The notes below the pieces were generated by a model. That model did no database searches, was not told where the DNA came from, and worked only from the letters and a program-made list of their open reading frames with translations. A stretch of DNA of 38,768 bases, taken from Lautropia sp. SCN 70-15. Lineage in GTDB: Bacteria > Pseudomonadota > Gammaproteobacteria > Burkholderiales > Burkholderiaceae_E. The DNA lies in assembly GCA_001724315.1 (NCBI GenBank), contig MEEC01000010.1:1-38768 (forward strand), written 5' to 3'. The position numbers and the translations under genes are program-made. Positions 28,631 to 37,525 of the stretch are shown in pieces; positions within the stretch are counted from its first letter, which is position 1; every line of letters starts with the position of its first letter.

Positions 28631-29785
28631 ATGTACACGATACGCAATCTCGCAGCCCGGGCGGCGGCTGGCTTCGCCATCGCCTGCCTCGTGCTGGCCG
28701 CCGCGACCACCACTCCGGCGATGGCCGAACGGATCCGCGAATTGGCCACGATCCAGGGGGTGCGGCCGAACCAGCTGATTGGCTACGGCCTGGTCGTCGG
28801 CCTGGACGGCAGCGGCGACCAGACGACCCAGGCCCCCTTCACCGTGCAGAGCCTGCAGTCGATGCTCTCGCAGCTCGGCATTCAGCTGCCGCCGGGCGGC
28901 ACGCCCCAGCTGCGAAACGCGGCTGCCGTCATGGTAACCGCCCAGCTGCCGCCCTACGCGCAGGCCGGCCAGCTCATCGACGTGACCGTTTCGTCGCTCG
29001 GCAATGCCAAGAGTCTGCGTGGGGGGACCCTGCTCCTGACGCCGCTGCGCGGCGCGGACGGCCAGGTCTACGCGATGGCCCAGGGCAACGTGGTGGTGGG
29101 AGGTGCCGGCGCGTCGGCTGCGGGCAGCAAGGTGCAGATCAATCATCTCAGCGCCGGGCGTGTGCCAGGGGGGGCGACGGTTGAGCGGGTGGTCCCGAAC
29201 CAGACGCTGGCCAGCGACGCGATTCACGTCGAGCTCCGCGCCACGGACTTCGACAACGCCCGAAAGGTGGCCGACGCGATCAATGGCATCGACCTGCCGG
29301 GCATGCCGCCGGGCGGGCCGCCCGTGGCCGAACCACTCGACGCGCGGGTGATCCGCGTGCGCATGCCTTCGGACCCCGGGATGAGGGTGTCCTTCCTCGC
29401 CGAACTGGAGAACCTCCAGGTCACGCCCGCCAGACCGGCTGCAAAGGTGATCGTGAACGCGCGGACCGGCTCGGTAGTGATGAACCAGACGGTCACCCTT
29501 GCGCCCAGCGCGGTGGCCCACGGGAACCTGTCGGTCACCGTCCAGTCCACGCCGCTCGTCAGCCAGCCGGCACCATTCGCTCAAGGTTCGACCGTGGTTG
29601 CCGAAGTAGCCGACATCACGATCAAGCAGGATGGCGGGGCACTGATGATGCTCGAGGGCGGGGCGAAGCTTGCGGATGTCGTCAAGGCGCTGAACAGCCT
29701 CGGCGCGACCGCGCAGGACCTGATTGCGATCCTCCAGGCACTGAAGGCCGCCGGCAGCCTGAAGGCCGAGCTGGAGATCATCTGA
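28631..29785 (+). CDS. flgI: P-ring protein FlgI
   Basis: Signal peptide, GVRPNQLIGYGLVVGLDGSGD, AKSLRGGTL, ILQALKAAGSL. Confidence 0.98.
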   Translation: MYTIRNLAARAAAGFAIACLVLAAATTTPAMAERIRELATIQGVRPNQLIGYGLVVGLDGSGDQTTQAPFTVQSLQSMLSQLGIQLPPGGTPQLRNAAAVMVTAQLPPYAQAGQLIDVTVSSLGNAKSLRGGTLLLTPLRGADGQVYAMAQGNVVVGGAGASAAGSKVQINHLSAGRVPGGATVERVVPNQTLASDAIHVELRATDFDNARKVADAINGIDLPGMPPGGPPVAEPLDARVIRVRMPSDPGMRVSFLAELENLQVTPARPAAKVIVNARTGSVVMNQTVTLAPSAVAHGNLSVTVQSTPLVSQPAPFAQGSTVVAEVADITIKQDGGALMMLEGGAKLADVVKALNSLGATAQDLIAILQALKAAGSLKAELEII

Positions 29786-30768
29786 TGGCCGGATCGACGC
29801 AGGCGCTGGCCTTCGACACGCGCGTGCTCGACACCTTGCGCCAGGGTGCCTCGAAGGACCCGAAGGCCGCGGCCGGCAAGGCGGCGGCCCAGTTCGAGGC
29901 CCTGTTCATGCAGCAGCTCCTGAAGAGCATGCGCGATGCGATGCCTCGCAGCGGCATGTTCTCCAGCCCGTCTCACGACACTTACACCGCAATGCTCGAC
30001 CAGCAGCTGGCCCAGTCGCTTGCCGGCCGGCCAGGCGGGTTGGCCGAGCTGATCGAGAAGCAGCTGACCCGGCACATGGCACCCGGCGAGGCGTCCGGAC
30101 AGGATGCCTCGACCGAGAACGCAGGCGTCTCCAGGCCGGGCGCTGCGAGTGCGGCCCCCGGCTGGGCGGAGGGCCGGGTCAGGGTGGGCGGCCGACCGCC
30201 GCCGATGTGGCGCGAGGCCTCGGGCCAGCCTTCCGTCTCGCTCGCCCCCGAGGCCGCCGAGGCACTCAAGGCCGCGCTCTCGAAGCGGCTCGACGGGCCG
30301 CAGGCGGCATTCGTCGAGAAGATGTGGCCGCACGCGCTGGCCGCCCAGCGCAGCACCGGCGTGCCGGCCGCCTTCGCGGTCGGACAGGCCGCGCTGGAGT
30401 CCGGATGGGGCAAGCACGAGTTGCGCCACGCCGACGGCCGAAGCGCCCACAACCTGTTCGGCATCAAGGCCGGTGGCGGCTGGAACGGGCCCACTGTCGA
30501 CGTCCTCACGACCGAGTACGTCGACGGCAAGCCGACCAAGCTCGTCGAGCGCTTCCGTGCGTACGGCTCGTATGCGGAGGCCTTCTCCGACTGGGCGGGG
30601 CTGCTCGGTTCGCAATCGCGCTACCAGTCGGTGCTCCGTGCGGCCGACTCGGTGCAAGGCTTCGCCCACGGCATGCAGCGGGCGGGCTACGCCACCGATC
30701 CCCGCTATGGCGAAAAGCTCGAGCGAACCATCAACCAGACGCTTTTGCTCAGGCGTCTGGTCATCTAG
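29785..30768 (+). CDS. flgJ: Rod cap / peptidoglycan hydrolase FlgJ
   Basis: QFEALFMQQLLKSMRDA rod-cap domain plus GH73 motifs QAALESGWG, NLFGIKA, GYATDPRY. Confidence 0.97.
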   Translation: MAGSTQALAFDTRVLDTLRQGASKDPKAAAGKAAAQFEALFMQQLLKSMRDAMPRSGMFSSPSHDTYTAMLDQQLAQSLAGRPGGLAELIEKQLTRHMAPGEASGQDASTENAGVSRPGAASAAPGWAEGRVRVGGRPPPMWREASGQPSVSLAPEAAEALKAALSKRLDGPQAAFVEKMWPHALAAQRSTGVPAAFAVGQAALESGWGKHELRHADGRSAHNLFGIKAGGGWNGPTVDVLTTEYVDGKPTKLVERFRAYGSYAEAFSDWAGLLGSQSRYQSVLRAADSVQGFAHGMQRAGYATDPRYGEKLERTINQTLLLRRLVI

Positions 30769-30787
30769 CGCGAAGGAGGCGGGCGCA

Positions 30788-32425
30788 ATGTCGGGATTGC
30801 TGGGAATCGGCCAGAGCGCGTTGCTGGCTGCGTACGCGCAGCTGCAGACCACGGGCCACAACATCGCCAATGCGGCGACGCCGGGCTATAGCGTGCAGCA
30901 GGTGTCGCTCGCGACCTCGATACCCAGCGGCACGGGTGGCGGCTACATCGGCTCTGGCGTCGACGTTGTCACCGTTGAGCGCCGCTACGATCGCTTCCTC
31001 GCCGAAGCCGTCTCCGCCGGCACTGCGGCGGCGGCGGCCGATGGGATCCGGGCGGAGCAGCTCGGCCGGGTCGATTCGCTGCTCGCGGACACCCAGAATG
31101 GCATCGGCGCAGCGATCGACGACCTGTACCTGGCGATGGCCGACGTGGTTAACCGTCCTGCCGATCCGAACGCGCGGGAGGTCGTGCTCGCGCGCGCGGA
31201 CTCGCTCGCCGCGAAGCTGCGCGGCACCGACGAGCAGTTGCGCTCGCTGGCCGCCGAGTCCGGCCAGCGCCTGGAGCAGATGACCGTCGAGGCCACCGAC
31301 GTGCTGGCGAGCCTGGCCCGCCTGAACGAGAAGATCGCGCTGGCCAGCGGCGCGGGTCACGCGCCCAACGACCTGCTGGACGAGCGCGACCGCCTGGTCC
31401 GCTCGCTGAACGGATACCTGACGGCGAACGTCGTCGAGCGGGCGGACGGCACGGTCACCGTGACCGCGGCCGGCGGCGAGCCCCTGCTGGTGGGCAGTCG
31501 CGCGGCCTCGCTGCGCACCGTGCCCGACCCGGCCAGCCCCGATCGCCGCCAGGTCGCGATCGTGATGGACTCGGTCACGTTGCCGCTCGGCGCGGCGGCC
31601 CTGGGCGGCGGCGCGCTCGCCGGGCTGCTGGCCTTTCGCGACGAGGACCTGCAAGCGGTGCGCACCAGCCTGGGCCAACTGGCAGCGGGCATCGCGGCCG
31701 GCTTCAATGCGCAGCAGGCCCTCGGAGTCGACGCGAACGGCGCGCAGGGCCAGCCGATGTTCGCGATCGGCGCGTCCGGCCTGGCGTCGGACTTCGCGCT
31801 GCTGCTGGGCAGCGGCTCGCAGCTCGCGACCGGGCTCGCGATGACCGCGCAGGCAGCGTCCGGCAACGCCGGCGACCTGTCGGTGGCCGCCTTCGCCGCG
31901 ACCGGCCCGGCGCCCATGTCGAGCGCCCCGGTCACGTTCACCTTCAATGCCGACGGCAGCTTCGACGTGAGCGGCGCCGGCACCGGTGACCCCGCCGGCG
32001 TGGCCTGGACGCCCGGTTCGCCGATCGTCTTCAACGGCTGGTCGATCGAGTTGCGCGGCACGCCGCAGGCCGGCGACCGGATCGAGGTGGTGCCCACGCC
32101 CGACCCGTCTTCCGACAACCGCAACGCCCGGGCGATGGTGCTGCTAGCCGACCAGCCGCTGGTCGACGGGCGCACCCTGACCGACGCCTTCGCCTCGATG
32201 CTCGGCGAGGTCGGCCGTCGCACGCGCACCGCCGAGACATCCGAGGCCGTGTCCGGCCGCCTGCTGGCCGACGCCGAGGCGGCCCAGGCGAACCTCGCCG
32301 GCGTCAATCTCGACGAGGAAGCGGCCCGCCTGCTGCAGTACCAGCAGATGTACCAGGCGGCCGCGCGCGTCATCCAGGCGGCGCAGTCGATGTTCGACAC
32401 CCTGCTGTCGGCGACCGCCCGTTGA
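30788..32425 (+). CDS. flgK: Hook-filament junction protein FlgK
   Basis: TTGHNIANAATPGYS, PNDLLDERD, GVNLDEEAARLLQYQQMYQAAAR. Confidence 0.97.
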   Translation: MSGLLGIGQSALLAAYAQLQTTGHNIANAATPGYSVQQVSLATSIPSGTGGGYIGSGVDVVTVERRYDRFLAEAVSAGTAAAAADGIRAEQLGRVDSLLADTQNGIGAAIDDLYLAMADVVNRPADPNAREVVLARADSLAAKLRGTDEQLRSLAAESGQRLEQMTVEATDVLASLARLNEKIALASGAGHAPNDLLDERDRLVRSLNGYLTANVVERADGTVTVTAAGGEPLLVGSRAASLRTVPDPASPDRRQVAIVMDSVTLPLGAAALGGGALAGLLAFRDEDLQAVRTSLGQLAAGIAAGFNAQQALGVDANGAQGQPMFAIGASGLASDFALLLGSGSQLATGLAMTAQAASGNAGDLSVAAFAATGPAPMSSAPVTFTFNADGSFDVSGAGTGDPAGVAWTPGSPIVFNGWSIELRGTPQAGDRIEVVPTPDPSSDNRNARAMVLLADQPLVDGRTLTDAFASMLGEVGRRTRTAETSEAVSGRLLADAEAAQANLAGVNLDEEAARLLQYQQMYQAAARVIQAAQSMFDTLLSATAR

Positions 32426-32450
32426 GCGGCCGCTTGCGGGAGTTTTCACC

Positions 32451-33356
32451 ATGACCCGAGTCCCGACACTATTTGCGCTCGAGCGTAGCGTGCAGGCGAT
32501 GAACGATCGCCGCGCCGCGCTCGTCGACGCGCAGGAACAACTGTCCACCGGCAAGCGCCTGCGTTCGCCTTCCGACGATCCGGCCGGAGTGGCCCAGGCC
32601 GAGCGCTTTCGCGCGCGCCTCGCGCGGGTCCAGATCGAGCGGCGGATGACGGATTTCGCGAAGGATGCGCTTGGCCAGGCCGACAACCTGCTGGGGGCCT
32701 CGGTCGAGCGGATCCAGTACGCGCGCGAGCAACTGGTCGCCGCAGGCAATGCCACGCTCGGCCCTCAGGAGCGGGCGATGCTGGCGCAGGCAATCCGAAG
32801 CGCGCGCGAGCAGCTGCTTGCTCTCGCCAACCAGCCCGACGGCTCCGGGGGCTACGTGTTCGGGGGGCAGGGCGGCGCCGGCCTTCCGTTTTCGCCCGCG
32901 GGCGCGCCGGCCTACCAGGCCAGCCCGGGCGAGCGCAAGACCGGGCTGGAGGCGCAATTCACCACTTCGCTGGACGGCCGCGCCGCCTTCGTAGACGCCA
33001 GCGGCGGGCGCAGCGTGTTCGAGGTCCTCGACGATGTGACGGCGCTGCTCGAGAACGCCACCGCATCGGGCGCCGAGCTGGCTGCGGGACTCGACTCCGC
33101 CCTGTCTGGCGTGGACACTGCGCTCGAGCGGCTGCTCGTGCAGCGGACGAGGGTGGGCGAGCAACTGCGCGCGCTCGACGCTCGCGAGCGCCTTGTCGAA
33201 AGCGGCGAGCTCGACGCCACCGGCCAGTTGTCGAAGCTGGTCGACGCCGACTACGCGGCTGCGATCTCGGAGTTCCAGAAGCACCAGACCGCGCTCGAAG
33301 CAGCCATGATCGCGTACTCGCAGATCGCGAGACTGAGCCTGTTCGACAAGCTCTAG
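32451..33356 (+). CDS. flgL: Hook-filament junction protein FlgL
   Basis: QLSTGKRL..PSDDP, LLALAN..D..G.YVFGG, DADYAAAIS, LSLFDKL. Confidence 0.96.
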   Translation: MTRVPTLFALERSVQAMNDRRAALVDAQEQLSTGKRLRSPSDDPAGVAQAERFRARLARVQIERRMTDFAKDALGQADNLLGASVERIQYAREQLVAAGNATLGPQERAMLAQAIRSAREQLLALANQPDGSGGYVFGGQGGAGLPFSPAGAPAYQASPGERKTGLEAQFTTSLDGRAAFVDASGGRSVFEVLDDVTALLENATASGAELAAGLDSALSGVDTALERLLVQRTRVGEQLRALDARERLVESGELDATGQLSKLVDADYAAAISEFQKHQTALEAAMIAYSQIARLSLFDKL

Positions 33357-33426
33357 CCGGGGGCGCCTCCTTTCGGCACGGGCGGCTTCGCGATCGGCGC
33401 GCGACATCCGGGCCGAGCGGGACCGC

Positions 33427-34530
33427 TCAGGGCGCTGGCCGCCGTTCAGCCGGGCCTTGCGCCGACAAGGTCCCCACGCGTACGCCAAGCAGCCGCAATC
33501 GGCGAACGGGCGGCACCCGCTTCAGGCAGTCGAAAGCCGCCCGACGGATCGCGCGCTCCTCGTTCACCGCCTCGGCGAGCGTCAGCTCGCGGCTCACGAT
33601 CCGGAAGTCGTCGTAGCGGGCCTTCACGCCCACGCTGCGCCCGGCGTAGCCGCGCCGCTGCAGGTCGGCGGCCACCTGTCGGCACAGCCGCGCCAGCACC
33701 GCCGCCAGCGCCTGGAAGTCGCGCGACGGGTGCAGATCGCGCTCGAAGGTGGTCTCGCGACTCATCGAGCGGGGCGCGCTCTCGAGCACCAGCTCGCGGT
33801 CGTCGCGGCCATGCGCCGCGTCGTGCAGCCAGGCGCCGTAGCTCCTGCCGAACCGGGCGATCAGGAAATCGCGTGGCGCGGCCGCCAGCTGGCCGATCGT
33901 GCGGATGCCCAGTTCGTCGAGGCGGGCGTCGGCCTTCGGACCGATGCCGTTGATCCGCTTGACCGGCAGCGGCCAGATCCGCTCCTGCAGGTCGAGCTCG
34001 TCGAGCACGGTGATGCCGTTCGGCTTGTCGAGTTCCGAGGCGATCTTTGCCAGCAGCTTGTTGGGCGCGACGCCGATCGAGCAGGTCAGGCCGGTGGCCT
34101 CGAAGACCCGGCGCTGGATGTCGCGCGCGATCGCCAGGCCGCCGTCGATCCGCACGCCGATCAGGTCGCTGAAGTCGATGTAGACCTCGTCGATGCCGCG
34201 ATCCTCGACCCGGTCGGTCACCTCGGCGATCGCTGCCTTGAAGCGCCGCGACCAGAGCCGGTACTCCGGGAAGTCCACCGGCAGGAACACGCAGGCCGGG
34301 CACAGCTCGGCGGCGCGGCGCAGCGCCATGCCCGAGCGGATTCCGAAGGCGCGAGCCTCGTAGGTGGCGGTGGTGACCACGCCCCGGCTGTTCGGGTCGC
34401 CGTGCCCGCCGATGGCCACCGGGCGGCCGCGAAGCTCCGGGCGTCGCAGCAGCTCCACCGACGCGTAGAAGGCGTCCATGTCCAGATGGGCGATCCGGCG
34501 CCAGGCCGGCGCCGAGGGGCGGGTTTCCAC
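33427..34530 (-). CDS. dinB: Y-family DNA polymerase IV (DinB)
   Basis: IAHLDMDAFYASVE, TATYEARAFGIRSGM, GIDEVYID, SIGVAPNKLLAKIAS..KPNG, HhH GIGPK, little-finger RLLGVR. GTG at 34530 overlaps the kinase TAG. Confidence 0.95.
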   Translation of the reverse strand: METRPSAPAWRRIAHLDMDAFYASVELLRRPELRGRPVAIGGHGDPNSRGVVTTATYEARAFGIRSGMALRRAAELCPACVFLPVDFPEYRLWSRRFKAAIAEVTDRVEDRGIDEVYIDFSDLIGVRIDGGLAIARDIQRRVFEATGLTCSIGVAPNKLLAKIASELDKPNGITVLDELDLQERIWPLPVKRINGIGPKADARLDELGIRTIGQLAAAPRDFLIARFGRSYGAWLHDAAHGRDDRELVLESAPRSMSRETTFERDLHPSRDFQALAAVLARLCRQVAADLQRRGYAGRSVGVKARYDDFRIVSRELTLAEAVNEERAIRRAAFDCLKRVPPVRRLRLLGVRVGTLSAQGPAERRPAP

Positions 34531-36005
34531 TAAGCGGACAGGGGCAGCTCGATGAAGAAGGTGGAGCCGCGGCCCGGCTCGCTCCTCAGGCCGGCCTGGC
34601 CGCCGTGCAGCTCGGCCACGCGCTTGACGATCGCCAGTCCCAGGCCGCTTGCACCGCGCTGGTCGCGCGCGCGGCTGGTCTGGAAGAAGCGGTCGAAGAC
34701 CTTGGGCTGGTCCTCTGGCAGCACGCCGGGCCCGGTGTCCACCACCTCGACCCGCACGCCGGCCTTCTCGGGCCGCACCTTGACGGTGACCCGGCCGCCG
34801 GCCGGCGTGACCCGCAGTGCGTTGTCGAGCAGGTTCGAGAGCGCGCGCTCGACCAGCGCCGCGTCGACGCGGGTGAGCGGCAGGCCGTCGGGATAGTCGA
34901 TCGACAGCGTCACGCCGGCGCCCTGGGCACTGGCGGCGAATCGCTGGACCACGTCGTCGGCCAGCTCGCCAATCGCGATCGGTTCGGGCTGCGCCTTGAA
35001 GTCGGGGTTGTCCAGGCGGGCCAGCTCGGCCAGCGCCTCGGTGAGGCGGCGCAGGTGCTGTGCGTTCTGCATCGCGCGCTCGAGCATCTCGCGGCGAGCC
35101 GGGTCGGACAGCGCGTCGCCCTTGAGCCGGATGGTCTCCAGCTGGCCGATCAGCGCGGTGAGCGGCGTGCGCAGGTCGTGCGACACGCTGGCCACCATCT
35201 CGCGGCGCCGGGCGTCGGTGGTCTGCACCCGCTCGGTCTCGAGCTTGAGCCGCTCGAAGGCATCGCGGAAGGTGCGGCTGAGCCGTCCGATCTCGTCGTC
35301 GCGGTCCAGGTCGGGGAAGCTGCTCTCGCAGAGCTCGTCGCAGAAGCCTGCCCGGCGCACCTGCTCGGTGGCCCGGGTGAGCGCGGTGAGCGGCCGCGTG
35401 AGGAGCGCGATCATCGCGATCGTGAGCAGCACGCCGATGGCGATCGTCATCAGGGCCACCTTGGCCGTGGTGCGGATCGCGTAGCTGCGCAGCATCTCGG
35501 GCATCTGCTCGCCCAGGCTGGCCTGGCGCGGCACCACGAAGAGCCAGCCCATGGTCCGGCCGTCCTGCACGACCGGTCGGGCAGCCACCATGCAGACGTC
35601 GCCCTGCCGGTCGGGGTCGGTGGTGTGGACCGGCTGGCGGGGATCGCCGCCCAGCGCCTCGCGCACCGGCTCGAGGTCCACCCGGAACTCGCCCCAGAAC
35701 TGCCGCGACTCGCCGGCGCTGGCCAGCACCCGGCCGTGCTGGTCGATCAGGTACAGGCCCGTATTGGGCGAGTAGAGCGTGTACTGCCTGAGCTGCTGGC
35801 CGAACGAGGCCGGGTCGGCCTCGTAGTCGCGCCACAGGTTGGGGTGCGCCTCGAGGATGCGCTCGGCGAAGCTGCTCGACTTGTCGTAGATCCAGTCGTT
35901 GTAGTACTCGCGCACCGAGGCGTACATGATCGTGGCCAGCATCGTGGCCATCAGCAGGCCGAAGCCCACGATCAGCAGCAGCACCCGGGTGCGCAGCGAT
36001 TTCAT
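34530..36005 (-). CDS. Sensor histidine kinase (TM-periplasmic-TM-HAMP-HisKA-HATPase)
   Basis: Two TM helices, HAMP (TRPL..L...DEIGRL), H-box SHDLRTPL, N-box NLLDNA, G1 DTGPG, F-box VFDRFF, G2 GLGLAIV. Confidence 0.95.
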   Translation of the reverse strand: MKSLRTRVLLLIVGFGLLMATMLATIMYASVREYYNDWIYDKSSSFAERILEAHPNLWRDYEADPASFGQQLRQYTLYSPNTGLYLIDQHGRVLASAGESRQFWGEFRVDLEPVREALGGDPRQPVHTTDPDRQGDVCMVAARPVVQDGRTMGWLFVVPRQASLGEQMPEMLRSYAIRTTAKVALMTIAIGVLLTIAMIALLTRPLTALTRATEQVRRAGFCDELCESSFPDLDRDDEIGRLSRTFRDAFERLKLETERVQTTDARRREMVASVSHDLRTPLTALIGQLETIRLKGDALSDPARREMLERAMQNAQHLRRLTEALAELARLDNPDFKAQPEPIAIGELADDVVQRFAASAQGAGVTLSIDYPDGLPLTRVDAALVERALSNLLDNALRVTPAGGRVTVKVRPEKAGVRVEVVDTGPGVLPEDQPKVFDRFFQTSRARDQRGASGLGLAIVKRVAELHGGQAGLRSEPGRGSTFFIELPLSA

Positions 36006-36727
36006 CGCGCGCGCTCGTCGGTGAAGCGGTAGCCCACGCCGCGCACGGTGAGCACGTAGCGGGGGTTGGCGGGGTCGATCTCGATCTTAGAGCGCAGCCG
36101 GTTGATGTGCGTGTTGACGTTGTGCTCGTAGCCCTCGAAGGAGGTGCCCCAGACCGCGTCGAGCAGCTGCATCCGGGTGAAGGCCCGCCCCGGGTTGCGG
36201 GCGAAGTGGGCAAGCAGGTCGAACTCGCGGGCGGTCAGCGCCACCGGCCGTCCGTTGATCCGGACCTCGCGGCTCACGCAGTCGATCAGCAGCTCGCCGA
36301 CCTCGATCCGTTCGTCGCTGTCGGGGACCGTGCCGGCCGGCGCCTGCATCTCGATTCGGCGCAGCATGGCCTTGACCCGCGCCTGCAGCTCGGGGATCGA
36401 GAAGGGTTTCGTCAGGTAATCGTCAGCGCCGAGCTCCAGGCCCAGCACCCGGTCGATCTCGGTGGAACGGGCGGTCAGCATCAGCACCGGGGTGGTGACC
36501 CGCTCCATGCGCAGCGCGCGAACGATGTCCAGGCCGTCGCGGCCCGGCAGCATGACGTCCAGCACGATCAGGTCGTGCCGGCCCGACCGGGCCGCGTCGT
36601 AGCCGCCCGGGCCGTCGTGGACGCAGTCCACGCGGTGGCCGAGATCGCGCAGGTGCATCGCGATCAGGTCGGCGATGTCACGCTGGTCTTCCACGACCAG
36701 GATCCTCTTTTCCATCGAATCGAGCAT
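36002..36727 (-). CDS. OmpR/PhoB-family response regulator
   Basis: ILVVEDQ, LDVMLP (phospho-Asp), LTA, GADDYLTKPF and winged helix (LTAREFDLL, VNTHINRLRSKIE, TVRGVGYRF); ATGA overlap with the kinase. Confidence 0.96.
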   Translation of the reverse strand: MLDSMEKRILVVEDQRDIADLIAMHLRDLGHRVDCVHDGPGGYDAARSGRHDLIVLDVMLPGRDGLDIVRALRMERVTTPVLMLTARSTEIDRVLGLELGADDYLTKPFSIPELQARVKAMLRRIEMQAPAGTVPDSDERIEVGELLIDCVSREVRINGRPVALTAREFDLLAHFARNPGRAFTRMQLLDAVWGTSFEGYEHNVNTHINRLRSKIEIDPANPRYVLTVRGVGYRFTDERAR

Positions 36728-36818
36728 AGCAAAACCCCCGGGGGCTTCGTAGCCCGGAGGCTTGCCGGCTTACGGCGGGCGGCAGGGGCGGCCGCGGCGC
36801 CGCCCGGTGGCCGGCATT

Positions 36819-36847
36819 CGTTATCAAATCGTGATCTTCCCGTGATC
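36819..36847. promoter_or_regulatory. Three tandem 7-mer direct repeats with 11-bp period (putative OmpR-family binding site)
   Basis: CGTTATC (36819), CGTGATC (36830) and CGTGATC (36841) in the divergent RR/ECF intergenic region. Confidence 0.6.
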
Positions 36848-36901
36848 GGGGGGTAAGGGGCGCTGGGCAGACTTCGAATCTCCATAGAGGAGAACAGACA
36901 C

Positions 36902-37438
36902 ATGCCCCCGACCCCGATCGAACTGGCAGACCACCGCGGCGCGATGCTGCGATTCGCCCGCCGGAAGATCCGCGACGAGAATCTGGCCGAAGATGCCGTC
37001 CAGGATGCCCTGGCGGCGGCGCTCGCAAGCCGTGAGTCGTTCCAGGGGCAGTCGGCCTTGCGCACCTGGCTGATCGGCATCCTGAACCACAAGATCCAGG
37101 ATACCTTCCGGCGCGAAGGGCGCTACGTGTCGCTGGGCGGCGGCGCCGACAGCGACGACGACTCCGATCGCGAGCTCGAGCGGCTGGCCTGGGAGCAGGA
37201 CGACGACTACCACGACCCGCTGCGCCAGGTGGCCCGCAACCGGCTCGGCGAGGCCCTGCACAGCGAGATCGAGGCCCTGCCGCGCACGCTGAAGGACGTC
37301 TTCGTGATGCAGGTGCTCGAGGGTGCCGACACCGCCGAGGTCTGCCGCGAGCTGGAGATCACCGAGGCGAACTGCTGGGTGCGCCTGCACCGGGCCCGCA
37401 AGCGGCTCTCCGAGCGGATGAGCGCGCACCTTACCTGA
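36902..37438 (+). CDS. ECF-type sigma-70 factor
   Basis: sigma2 LAEDAVQDAL...FQGQSALRTWLIGILNHK, sigma4 LP...VFVM...EVCRELEITEANCWVRLHRAR; RBS AGAGGAG. Confidence 0.93.
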   Translation: MPPTPIELADHRGAMLRFARRKIRDENLAEDAVQDALAAALASRESFQGQSALRTWLIGILNHKIQDTFRREGRYVSLGGGADSDDDSDRELERLAWEQDDDYHDPLRQVARNRLGEALHSEIEALPRTLKDVFVMQVLEGADTAEVCRELEITEANCWVRLHRARKRLSERMSAHLT

Positions 37439-37451
37439 CGTCGTGTGACTG

Positions 37452-37483
37452 GCCGATCCCGGGCGATCCGCCCGGCGATCGGC
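37452..37483 (+). terminator. Hairpin after the ECF sigma gene
   Basis: GCCGATC-CCGGGCG-atc-CGCCCGG-c-GATCGGC (14-bp stem, 1-nt bulge) followed by TAATGTT. Confidence 0.5.
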
Positions 37484-37525
37484 TAATGTTGCGGTTTTCC
37501 CTGACAAGAACACGGAACCCGCGAC

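Noticed and set aside
30700-30787. Internal sigma28 promoter for flgKL, and a 9-bp inverted repeat at the end of flgJ
   Set aside because: No TAAA-N15-GCCGATAA-like match was found. The repeat lies in coding sequence and could arise by chance.
33357-33426. Possible island boundary or att site at the flgL/dinB junction
   Set aside because: No tRNA, integrase, transposase or direct repeat is visible; it is just a short gap between convergent genes.
33427-36213. 928-aa ORF suggesting DinB with a 561-aa N-terminal extension
   Set aside because: The extension is an Arg/Pro/Gly/Ala-rich alternative frame over the RR and kinase genes, typical of stop-poor high-GC DNA. DinB homology begins only at about 34530.
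36853-36881. GTAAG...TCT as an autoregulatory ECF promoter
   Set aside because: The 21-nt spacing between the elements seems too long for an ECF promoter, and I cannot verify the group consensus.
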